Virus record (IMG/VR): IMGVR_UViG_2778261428_000003
Span: 1-38,430 of that record
DNA: 38,430 nucleotides
Direction: 5' to 3' (one strand)
From: a virus
Taxonomy: Duplodnaviria; Heunggongvirae; Uroviricota; Caudoviricetes
The translations under genes and the position numbers were made by a program. This document shows, one piece after another, positions 20,204 to 27,907 of this stretch; within the stretch, counting starts at the first letter, position 1, and every line of letters begins with the position of its first letter. The notes under the pieces are model-generated. The model saw nothing but the letters and a program-made list of their open reading frames with translations. It was not told where the DNA came from and ran no database searches.

Positions 20204-20524
20204 CTAAATCAGATCACCAATGTATTTTGCACTAATTGAAATTTGCATCTGAGGCATTCCGACCACAGATCCATTTAACAGGTAATCACGTCCTCGTTCC
20301 TGCAAAGAAAGACTCAATTCAAAGTTCTTTACCCCAGGGAAAACCGAGGTGACATTTAAATCATGCTGCGATACGCGCAGAATAAGTTGGCTACCGTCAA
20401 TTTTTCCCTGATACGTAAAACCAAAATCTCCGCCGTTTACTGCATTGTTTTTGACAACTACGGTACCATTACCAAAATCACGTTGATTGCTTCTGAAAAC
20501 AACAAAATAGATACCATCTTTCAT
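20204..20524 (-). CDS. Hypothetical 106-aa protein (moron candidate) in an AT-rich island
   Basis: ORF in locally AT-rich DNA between the lysis cassette and HNH, followed by its own intrinsic terminator. Confidence 0.5.
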   Translation of the reverse strand: MKDGIYFVVFRSNQRDFGNGTVVVKNNAVNGGDFGFTYQGKIDGSQLILRVSQHDLNVTSVFPGVKNFELSLSLQERGRDYLLNGSVVGMPQMQISISAKYIGDLI

Positions 20525-20616
20525 GTGTAAAGCCCTTTAAAAGAGTCACCAAAATCAGGTGCTTTGTATCTATTGGGCCATCACATATCAAATCAAGGAA
20601 CAAAACAAAGTTAACA

Positions 20617-20886
20617 TCATTTTTTTTGCATGATGTGACCACGCTCAACTTCAATCCTTCTGATGTCAGCTTTATCGGTATTACACTGCGCCAATGCAGA
20701 CAACAAGGCGACATTCAGATCTAAGCTCGAGCCCCACGTAAAATGATCAGGTAAATCAGGCTGAGGGGTTTCAGCCGTCAGGGTGGCTGGTAACGGAACT
20801 ACCGGAACCTGGACGTAAACTGTTCGCGTACTTCCGCAACCGGTCAGCAGCGGCAGCAGGCACAGGACGTGAAGCACAATCATCAT
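20617..20886 (-). CDS. Rz1-like o-spanin (outer-membrane lipoprotein)
   Basis: In +1 frame inside/after Rz: MMIVLHVLCLLPLLTGCGS lipobox followed by Pro-rich segment. Confidence 0.55.
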   Translation of the reverse strand: MMIVLHVLCLLPLLTGCGSTRTVYVQVPVVPLPATLTAETPQPDLPDHFTWGSSLDLNVALLSALAQCNTDKADIRRIEVERGHIMQKK

Positions 20887-21163
20887 CCGCAACAGCCACT
20901 TTGATATCTTCCTGGGTTCTCTGTGACTCCAGTGCGATCTGCTGTTTTGCATGCTGGTTAGCCTCCAGTACTGTATTGACAATTTGCAGTGATTGCAGGA
21001 CGTTATTGGTAATGGCAGTTGCCAATTTGGCATTTTGTACAGCTTCATCAGCACGTTTCTTTTCGTACTGATATTTGCTGTAGTAGTGGTTGGCTGACCA
21101 GATGAAAGAACCAATGACAGTAACGAAGAAAGCAGAGATAACCAGCTTATAGCTCAACTTCAT
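20771..21163 (-). CDS. Rz-like i-spanin
   Basis: 130 aa, N-terminal TM helix then coiled-coil-like periplasmic domain; overlaps endolysin end. Confidence 0.65.
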   Translation of the reverse strand: MKLSYKLVISAFFVTVIGSFIWSANHYYSKYQYEKKRADEAVQNAKLATAITNNVLQSLQIVNTVLEANQHAKQQIALESQRTQEDIKVAVADDDCASRPVPAAAADRLRKYANSLRPGSGSSVTSHPDG

Positions 21164-21623
21164 TTACCACCCCACCAGCCTCTTTAAACCGGGAAATCAG
21201 GTCACCGATTTTATGTTCATACTGACCGTAACCTGCACCAGGTAACGACGCCCAGATATTGCTGCAACGATCAATAGCCTGACGGATATCACCGCGATCA
21301 ATCATCGGTAAAGCGCCACGCTCTTTAATCTGCTGCAATGCCACTGCGTCCTGGCTTTTGGGGGAGAAGTTTTTCAAACCAAGCTGTTTACGGTAAGCAT
21401 CCCACCAGCGTGAAAGAAGCTGATAACGTCCGGCGGCTGTTGATTTGAGTTTGGGGTTTAGCGTGACAAGTTTGCGAGGGTGATCGGAGTAATCAGTAAA
21501 TAGCTCTCCGCCTACAATGACGTCATAACCATGATTTCTGGTTTTCTGCCGTCCGTTATCCGTTCCTTCTGACCATGCCACCATATCGAGGAAAGCTTTA
21601 CGCTGGGAATTTAGTGCCTGCAT
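21147..21623 (-). CDS. R: Endolysin, lambda R-like lytic transglycosylase
   Basis: Translation ...NSQRKAFLDMVAWSEGTDNGRQKTRNHGYDVIVGGELFTDYSDHPRKLV... matches the lambda R sequence as I remember it. Confidence 0.9.
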   Translation of the reverse strand: MQALNSQRKAFLDMVAWSEGTDNGRQKTRNHGYDVIVGGELFTDYSDHPRKLVTLNPKLKSTAAGRYQLLSRWWDAYRKQLGLKNFSPKSQDAVALQQIKERGALPMIDRGDIRQAIDRCSNIWASLPGAGYGQYEHKIGDLISRFKEAGGVVNEVEL

Positions 21624-21626
21624 AAA

Positions 21627-21953
21627 TTACTCCTTCGAGCTACCAAATTTGTTACCGATTACTCGCATTGCAGCCCCACGAATTGCATCGACACCAATCA
21701 GCCCAACACCGCCACCAATGGCAACAGAAAGAGATTTAGGCCATCCGACATACTCAAGAGCGGATGCAAAAGTCAGCGTCAGAGCACCACAGAGCAAAAT
21801 CTCGAGCGTTTTTCGCTTCCACCCACCACCACCGCCAAAATAGGCAATACGCAATCCAGCCATAACAATCGACATAATCACTGCGCCCAGTGGTGTGTCT
21901 CCACGCCACCAGCTCTGGACCAACTCCAGCCAGGTATTTGGGTTATGAGGCAT
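21627..21953 (-). CDS. Holin
   Basis: 108 aa with hydrophobic helices and charged C-terminus, directly upstream of endolysin. Confidence 0.7.
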   Translation of the reverse strand: MPHNPNTWLELVQSWWRGDTPLGAVIMSIVMAGLRIAYFGGGGGWKRKTLEILLCGALTLTFASALEYVGWPKSLSVAIGGGVGLIGVDAIRGAAMRVIGNKFGSSKE

Positions 21954-22102
21954 TTGTAGTTATCTCTCACCTCGCTGATACAGCAGGTGCAAATTGAGGG
22001 AACATCATGTACCGCAAATCAGAAGCGGAAACGTCAAAGAAGCCGAGCCAATGGATAACTGCGGAATAGGCCAGGACCAACGAATCCCCAGCCCCAGAAA
22101 CG

Positions 22103-22127
22103 ACAAAACCCGCTCGACGGCGGGTTT
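22103..22127 (-). terminator. Terminator-like hairpin upstream of holin (tR'-like candidate)
   Basis: Minus strand aaacccgc-cgtcga-gcgggttt followed by a T-rich stretch. Confidence 0.35.
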
Positions 22128-22240
22128 AAGCTGTGTGGCGAAGTAACCACTCTTAACACGATACAATAGTTTTTGCGTACGCGTTAGTGGTTATGTAAAC
22201 TTTCTCCATATAAAAACAGCAAAGAAGCGGATATTTTGAA

Positions 22241-23269
22241 ATGGCTACACTGGACGCATTCAGTAGAGTAATAACTCATCATACTATTACGATCGATACA
22301 CAATACCGTACACAGAAAATTGATGATAGCATCAGATCGAACTGTGTTTGCCCAGTACCAACAATGCGTGAACTTGCTTCTAAAATAGTACATTGTAAAG
22401 CAATGATGCACAGTTATGAAAAAGGAGACTTAGTTTTAACTTTACAAGATGTAATATTCTTATCAAACAGAGCCGATAAAAAACCCAGCCATCTTGGTCT
22501 TTTAATTAATGCTGTAGATAAAAATGGAAGCACTACTGTATTAAAAAACATTAATACAGATGTTCGCACCGAAATATCACCAAAACATGAGGAAGGTGAA
22601 GGTTACGAAGTTTCTTCTCATATGATTATTTCTCTAGACGGAAACATGCGAACATATGACATGAGTTTTATGCCAATACCAGGAGTTTCCACAGCAAAAA
22701 TAAATGGTTTCCTGAATAAAGTTCTCTTTAACGTAGCCAAAGATAATGAAGATATCTTTTCATGTAACACTTTAACAAATGAAGTATCAAGTTTAACAAA
22801 GAAAAAAATAAAAGTATTATACAAGCCAGTCTTTGATATATCTGGAAAGTTAGATGAAGATTTGTTCAATAAAATAAATAAAGAAGGACTTTCTGATGTC
22901 GTTTTGGTAAAGAATGAATACAGAACTATTAATGCGCCAGATGTTAACGCGGCTATTATTCCTAAAGAAAGTACTTTACGCTTAGTACCAAACCATGGCC
23001 CCAACAATGTCCTTGGATGGATAAAATCTGTCTCAAACTTCTTTAAAGAAGATAAAAATGGAGGTTATGACTTAATAAAAATAAAATTCAAAGAGCCAGA
23101 GACAGGATTCACAAGACAAGTTGACCTTCAAACTTCAAATGTAAGGCTGGATGGGCTGGAAAAAACATTTATCAAAAAGAGTGTAATAAATGGTTTTTCT
23201 TCGCGCTTAAAGGATTCTTATGATAGTATTAACATGGAGTTTGTGAATAAGATTATCGAGGTCATGTGA
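22241..23269 (+). CDS. Hypothetical 342-aa soluble protein, component A of a candidate exclusion/abortive-infection cassette
   Basis: Long ORF in markedly AT-rich DNA, opposite strand to the late operon; no recognised catalytic motif; weak local resemblance to RexA (…PGVSTAKINGFL… vs RexA …GPTTSDLTDFL…). Confidence 0.6.
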   Translation: MATLDAFSRVITHHTITIDTQYRTQKIDDSIRSNCVCPVPTMRELASKIVHCKAMMHSYEKGDLVLTLQDVIFLSNRADKKPSHLGLLINAVDKNGSTTVLKNINTDVRTEISPKHEEGEGYEVSSHMIISLDGNMRTYDMSFMPIPGVSTAKINGFLNKVLFNVAKDNEDIFSCNTLTNEVSSLTKKKIKVLYKPVFDISGKLDEDLFNKINKEGLSDVVLVKNEYRTINAPDVNAAIIPKESTLRLVPNHGPNNVLGWIKSVSNFFKEDKNGGYDLIKIKFKEPETGFTRQVDLQTSNVRLDGLEKTFIKKSVINGFSSRLKDSYDSINMEFVNKIIEVM

Positions 23270-23276
23270 GGCTAAT

Positions 23277-23852
23277 ATGATTAGTATATTTTCACATTTA
23301 TTTAGACCGTTTGGTTACCTTTTCATTAAGGGAATTAGTGGTAAGTGCGCATACGATTTTTATGCACCTGCCGGGCTTGCTGTGATTTCTTTTTTTTACT
23401 TTTATTTATTTAAAATACCTACATCAGACCTACTAAAAGATGGCGGCTTTATTAAGTCTATATCTGGATTTGTATCAAATCTGCCAGGTTTTTATATAGC
23501 AGCTCTTGCAGCAATAGCCACTTTCAACAGAGAACAAATTGACTACCCTCTGATAGGAACTAATGGCACTCCTTTTATTAAAATTACACGAACAAAAGAA
23601 AATGGTAGAATTGTTGACACTCAAGAGAAACTTACCAGAAGATTATTTCTGTGCATGTTATTTTCATTTTTAACTGCCCTCAGCATATGCATAGTGATTT
23701 TCAACGCTTTTATCACACCACTAATAAACATACTGAATAATGATATAGCAAACTGGTGCTATATCATTATCTTTTTATTCCTTACATGGCAAATGCTTGT
23801 TTCAACATTTTTTGGACTATACTATCTTGGTGATAGGATTCACATTAATTAA
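23277..23852 (+). CDS. Hypothetical 191-aa four-TM inner-membrane protein, component B
   Basis: Four hydrophobic segments (about aa 29-45, 62-83, 123-149, 160-184); GAGG Shine-Dalgarno; 7-nt gap from component A. Confidence 0.65.
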   Translation: MISIFSHLFRPFGYLFIKGISGKCAYDFYAPAGLAVISFFYFYLFKIPTSDLLKDGGFIKSISGFVSNLPGFYIAALAAIATFNREQIDYPLIGTNGTPFIKITRTKENGRIVDTQEKLTRRLFLCMLFSFLTALSICIVIFNAFITPLINILNNDIANWCYIIIFLFLTWQMLVSTFFGLYYLGDRIHIN

Positions 23853-24207
23853 CTACCATAATGGGGTTTATAGTTATTATTACACCGCTGATAAACCCCA
23901 TGGCAGTCTGCAATTCCTTCCTAATTGTGCCATCTGAACATCTTCTCTTCTTGGCAATAGTGCGTAATGAGATACCAATAACAAAGTGAGCTATGATCAG
24001 CTCATATTCCTCTGGTTTATACTTTCGCAACCGAGCCACACAACCGTCTATCATGATGCCTTCATCATCATCACACTGGAGACGTGACTTTTTACCGTGT
24101 GGTAAAAGTCCCTTGAAACCAGCCGCTATCGGCTGCCAGTCCACACCACTATTTTCTGCTGCAGCCCATGCTCCCCAGCGGTCCAATACTTCATACATAT
24201 CACGCAT
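23845..24207 (-). CDS. Q: Late antiterminator Q (phage 82/21 Q-like)
   Basis: MRDMYEVLDRWGAWAAAENSGVDW...CDDDEGIMIDGCVARL... matches the Q82-type antiterminator pattern; start set at internal Met. Confidence 0.8.
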   Translation of the reverse strand: MRDMYEVLDRWGAWAAAENSGVDWQPIAAGFKGLLPHGKKSRLQCDDDEGIMIDGCVARLRKYKPEEYELIIAHFVIGISLRTIAKKRRCSDGTIRKELQTAMGFISGVIITINPIMVVN

Positions 24208-24224
24208 CAACTTTCTCCACAAAA

Positions 24225-25220
24225 TCAGGCCAGCACGCCAATTGCCAGCGCACGATCGATAAAACGAAATATCAGCTCCAGCTGGGAGCCATACTTCTCT
24301 TCAAATGCCACGGTATCCGCATGCAGCTCGTCGTGATGCTTTCTGCACAAAGGCAACACAAAAAGGTCATGCGCTTTTGTTCCCATTCCACCCTGACCGT
24401 AACCTATCAGGTGGTGGGGATCATCAGCGGGCCTTCCACAACATGCACACGGCTGTGTCTTAACCCAGCGCGTGTACTTTTCATTAACCCAGCGGCGACG
24501 TTTGGGGCGTAACATAAAAGACTCCGGCGACTCCGGATCCACTTTCAGCGCCAGCACCTTTTTCGCCTTATCCTGGATGATGCTGGTGGCAGGAACCGAA
24601 GGCACAAGGTCACTTTCCCGGGTGACAGACGGCACAACAGGCTTCGGTAATCTCAGTGCCTTACGGGCTGCACTTTCCGGTAAGGCATCCGCCAGGTCAT
24701 TACGAATCAGCCACCAGCACAGTTCCGGCATTGTCACAACGTGACTGTCATCAAAACCGAGATCCCGACACACAACAGACAACACCCAGCGGGCACAGTT
24801 ATCCGTTGCCATTGATTCCAGCCGTTCCGTGAACTGATCGCGCAGCTGGTTATCGCAGTGCCAGCACAGACGGATTGCGCCCGGCGCGTGTCGCATTGTG
24901 GTCATGTTCTCGCTGTGCCAGTCGGAATGAGGCCACTGACAGCCCTTTTCACGAAGTAACCAGCTTTCAAGACATTCCACGCCACCAGCACGACGGATCA
25001 CTGCCTCATTGCGGAACACGGCCCGAACGGCAGGATCATCCGCCAGCGGTTGTGATGCCGCCGGAACGGCACCACTGGCGAAAGATGAATAACGTTCCGG
25101 CTCAGGCTCCAGCAGGACACGCCCCTGCATAAACAGGGGCATCAGCTCTGAACCGGGCCTGAACAATACGATCCCCATACGCGGGGCAATTTCAGGGGTC
25201 AGTAGTGCTCTCACGGTCAC
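24225..25220 (-). CDS. DUF968-like prophage protein, Cys/His-rich C-terminus
   Basis: 331 aa; C-terminal ...CACCGRPADDPHHL...CRKHHDELH... ; common lambdoid nin-region gene. Confidence 0.45.
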   Translation of the reverse strand: MTVRALLTPEIAPRMGIVLFRPGSELMPLFMQGRVLLEPEPERYSSFASGAVPAASQPLADDPAVRAVFRNEAVIRRAGGVECLESWLLREKGCQWPHSDWHSENMTTMRHAPGAIRLCWHCDNQLRDQFTERLESMATDNCARWVLSVVCRDLGFDDSHVVTMPELCWWLIRNDLADALPESAARKALRLPKPVVPSVTRESDLVPSVPATSIIQDKAKKVLALKVDPESPESFMLRPKRRRWVNEKYTRWVKTQPCACCGRPADDPHHLIGYGQGGMGTKAHDLFVLPLCRKHHDELHADTVAFEEKYGSQLELIFRFIDRALAIGVLA

Positions 25221-25221
25221 C

Positions 25222-26031
25222 TCAATGAACGGTATCGAGCAGCTTTAACAGCTCAGGGAATCGGGATTCGAAGAAATGCGGCTGCGTCTCGCGCGGATTT
25301 GCGGGACTGGTGATGTTCTTGCCGAACATGCAACCTTTCGCTGTCAGCGACCAGAATTTTTTGATGTTGTTAATCGCGGTACGGCTGTATCGTTCGCGTT
25401 GTTCAACGATCCCCAGCTTCGCCATCTGGTGATATGCCTGATTAGCCGTCAGGCAGATACCATACTGTTTCAGCAGTGCACTCAGTGACAGTGTCGGGCG
25501 ACTTGAGCCATCAGGCGCGTCAGCAGGAGCATCAATGGCATAGCGCGGTGCCAGATTCGGTAAGCCAACAGCCTCCTGAAGCTTCTGACAGGCACCAAGC
25601 ACTGAAGAGTTAGACAGGTTTAATTCCCGGCGCATAAAGTCCAGCAGAATCACACCAGCCTGCATCTTGTCAGCAGCCTGCCCGGATAATTTTTCCGGTG
25701 CGCTGGTTACCATATCGAAAGTACGGATCACCTTCAGATGGAATGACGGACTGATCCACATTGCATAGGCATACACCAGTTCTTTGCAGACATACGTTCC
25801 CCGTTCATTGCCCCCATGAATCACACTCACCGGGTCAACACCCAAATTCTGGGTGTTGGTCAATTCATGAACAAGCTCAACAGTTTGTTGGCTGGAAAGA
25901 AACTTTCCTGGCTCCTTGGTTCTGGCATTTGCACCAGATGCTACTGCTGCGCGATGCAGATCGTTCAGGCTGTAACGCCCATAAGCATCACAACGAACTT
26001 CAATACCATCAATGACCATCAGATTATTCAT
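25222..26031 (-). CDS. KilA-N domain protein (antirepressor-like)
   Basis: Start at ATG 26031 with GAGGAG upstream; N-terminal KilA-N-like region. Confidence 0.6.
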   Translation of the reverse strand: MNNLMVIDGIEVRCDAYGRYSLNDLHRAAVASGANARTKEPGKFLSSQQTVELVHELTNTQNLGVDPVSVIHGGNERGTYVCKELVYAYAMWISPSFHLKVIRTFDMVTSAPEKLSGQAADKMQAGVILLDFMRRELNLSNSSVLGACQKLQEAVGLPNLAPRYAIDAPADAPDGSSRPTLSLSALLKQYGICLTANQAYHQMAKLGIVEQRERYSRTAINNIKKFWSLTAKGCMFGKNITSPANPRETQPHFFESRFPELLKLLDTVH

Positions 26032-26050
26032 ACTTCGTTTCTCCTCTTGA

Positions 26051-26440
26051 TCAGGCGGCTGCACCCGCCGTTTTCTCGTACTTACTGATAGTGATCTCGA
26101 CCTTCCCTTCCGGGATAACCGATCCCCACTCCACCAGCATTCTTTTCACCTGACTGTCGTCTTCCCACACCCCCGCGTGGGTCAGGGCGTCAAACAGCGC
26201 CTTGTTATAGTTGTCCAGATCGCGGATCCTGTTATCCGGAGGAAACAACACGATCTCCACTGAAGCAGGTGCCGACGTTGGTTTCGGCAGACGACGTAAC
26301 TGCTCAACTATTGCTGCGCACGCCGCGCTCTGGAATTTTCGCCCCGCCGCGCTTATCAGGCTCTTACCAGCAAACGCCCCTTTGTTAGGGTGTCGCCAGT
26401 ACGTGTTCACGCTGGGTGGAAAAGGCAGGATCAGCTTCAT
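26051..26440 (-). CDS. rusA: Holliday junction resolvase RusA
   Basis: MKLILPFPPSVNTYWRH...RDLDNYNKALFDALTHAGVWEDDSQV matches RusA hallmark motifs. Confidence 0.85.
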   Translation of the reverse strand: MKLILPFPPSVNTYWRHPNKGAFAGKSLISAAGRKFQSAACAAIVEQLRRLPKPTSAPASVEIVLFPPDNRIRDLDNYNKALFDALTHAGVWEDDSQVKRMLVEWGSVIPEGKVEITISKYEKTAGAAA

Positions 26441-26763
26441 ACTTTCAGGCCCCTCTCATGTAACCAGTGGGTTGCACGCAGCCTTGCGTTTTCCTCACCG
26501 GCAAGCAGTGAGCGGATAATCCCGACCGCCTCGCTGTCGTCGTCCTTCACCGCGGTATGAAGCGTGATGCCCCGGGCCACGCCACGCTTTATCGTGATGA
26601 CGCCTTTTTTCTCCAGTGCGCGAAGATGCTCCACCGCTGCATTCACTGAACGGTATCCCAGCATGGTTGCCACCTCCTGATTGGTTGGCGGGAAGCCACG
26701 TTCTTTCTGATAAGAAATCAGCATATCCAGCACCTGCTGCTGGCATTGAGTTAACGTCGCCAT
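26437..26763 (-). CDS. LexA DNA-binding-domain-like regulator (108 aa)
   Basis: ...LTQCQQQVLDMLISYQKERGFPPTNQEVATMLGYRSVNAAVEHLRALEKKGVI... resembles the LexA N-terminal winged HTH without peptidase domain. Confidence 0.5.
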   Translation of the reverse strand: MATLTQCQQQVLDMLISYQKERGFPPTNQEVATMLGYRSVNAAVEHLRALEKKGVITIKRGVARGITLHTAVKDDDSEAVGIIRSLLAGEENARLRATHWLHERGLKV

Positions 26764-27413
26764 GCCGCCATCTCCCTGACCAGTTTTTCTGCCTGCTGGC
26801 GAACCTGCGCCAGAAATGCCTCACCACATGCCTCAAGTTCATCGCGCCCGATGTAGCTGATTGCCGGTCCCTTCCAGGTCTTATCGAAAACAGCAATAGC
26901 ACCAGCGAAGAAAGCGCCTGTCGGCACCTGCTTCCCATCCTTCGGGATAAACCAGGCAGGCAGTTCAAAACCGATACGCCCGCGAATAAAAGCAATATGA
27001 TCTGCATCTTCCGGCCACCACACTTCGCTGGTGGCAGCTTTGATCAGGAAAACATAGCGCCCGCCCTTATCACGCATGGCACTGGCATGTTTCATGATGT
27101 AACGCATGCCGGTGATGTATTGCCCCTCATGCTGACTGGCGCGGCTGTATGGGGGATTACCAAAGGCAGCACCTTTAAGCTCCGCAAGACGTTCTGACCA
27201 GTCATGCGCCAGCGCGTTGTCTTCCGCCGTGTAATACGCGGCACATTTGGCGTTATCACCGTCAGTGAACAGATCCAGAACAAACGGACCAAACAGGGTG
27301 TTAATTCCCCAGAAAATGTTGTCCGGCGTGCGCCACTGATCGCCCACTTCCTTCAGTTCATGGGCTGGTTTGTTCCGCAGTTCCACCAGCGCCTGGCAAT
27401 ATTTATTACTCAT
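26751..27413 (-). CDS. Orphan DNA N6-adenine methyltransferase
   Basis: NPPY catalytic motif (FGNPPYSR); start ATG overlaps the upstream stop (TAATG). Confidence 0.8.
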   Translation of the reverse strand: MSNKYCQALVELRNKPAHELKEVGDQWRTPDNIFWGINTLFGPFVLDLFTDGDNAKCAAYYTAEDNALAHDWSERLAELKGAAFGNPPYSRASQHEGQYITGMRYIMKHASAMRDKGGRYVFLIKAATSEVWWPEDADHIAFIRGRIGFELPAWFIPKDGKQVPTGAFFAGAIAVFDKTWKGPAISYIGRDELEACGEAFLAQVRQQAEKLVREMAAWRR

Positions 27414-27907
27414 TAAGCCCCCACGTAATTCCCTGACAGATACCACTCTTCACCCGATACAGCGCGCTTGCTGCTTTTCCGTAAACACCGCTCACGACGC
27501 GCAAGAAAATTGTTTCGCTCTTGCTGGGAGTGGCTTTCACGGAATGCCGCCATCCACACCGTTGCAGCACGACGGTATAAGCCCCTGGACTCCAGTTCTT
27601 CCGCCTGGCGGATCAGGCACAAAATCACCCGGGGATCGTTAGTGCCGACATAGAAATTGCGCACAGGTCTGGATTCACGAACTGGTTGCGGTTCCGGCTC
27701 CTGCGCTCTCTCAGTCAGGCGCGGGAAATGTCTGCGTGTATCCCCTTCACAACGGTGAGCCACACGCCCACTCTGACGTAACTTGCTTGCTGACTGCAGA
27801 ACGCGCTGCCGTGAGTAACCTGCAAAAGCATCCGCAATGTCTCCGGAAGTACAGCCCGGATGGGCTTCAATGAATTTCTGAACTTCATTCAAAAGACTCA
27901 TGCTCAC
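27413..27907 (-). CDS. PerC-family-like transcriptional regulator
   Basis: Motif AEELESRGLYRRAATVWMAAF resembles the conserved PerC/Pch core as I recall it. Confidence 0.4.
   Translation of the reverse strand: MSMSLLNEVQKFIEAHPGCTSGDIADAFAGYSRQRVLQSASKLRQSGRVAHRCEGDTRRHFPRLTERAQEPEPQPVRESRPVRNFYVGTNDPRVILCLIRQAEELESRGLYRRAATVWMAAFRESHSQQERNNFLARRERCLRKSSKRAVSGEEWYLSGNYVGA

Noticed and set aside
23872-23908. Inverted repeat ggggtttat ... ataaacccc just past the cassette stop
   Set aside because: Lies inside the Q coding sequence and has no T tract; could terminate cassette transcription but evidence is too thin to call
26495-27007. 170-aa minus-strand ORF overlapping the methyltransferase and LexA-like genes
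   Set aside because: Alternative frame of two genes with recognisable motifs; Arg/Ser-rich nonsense-like translation
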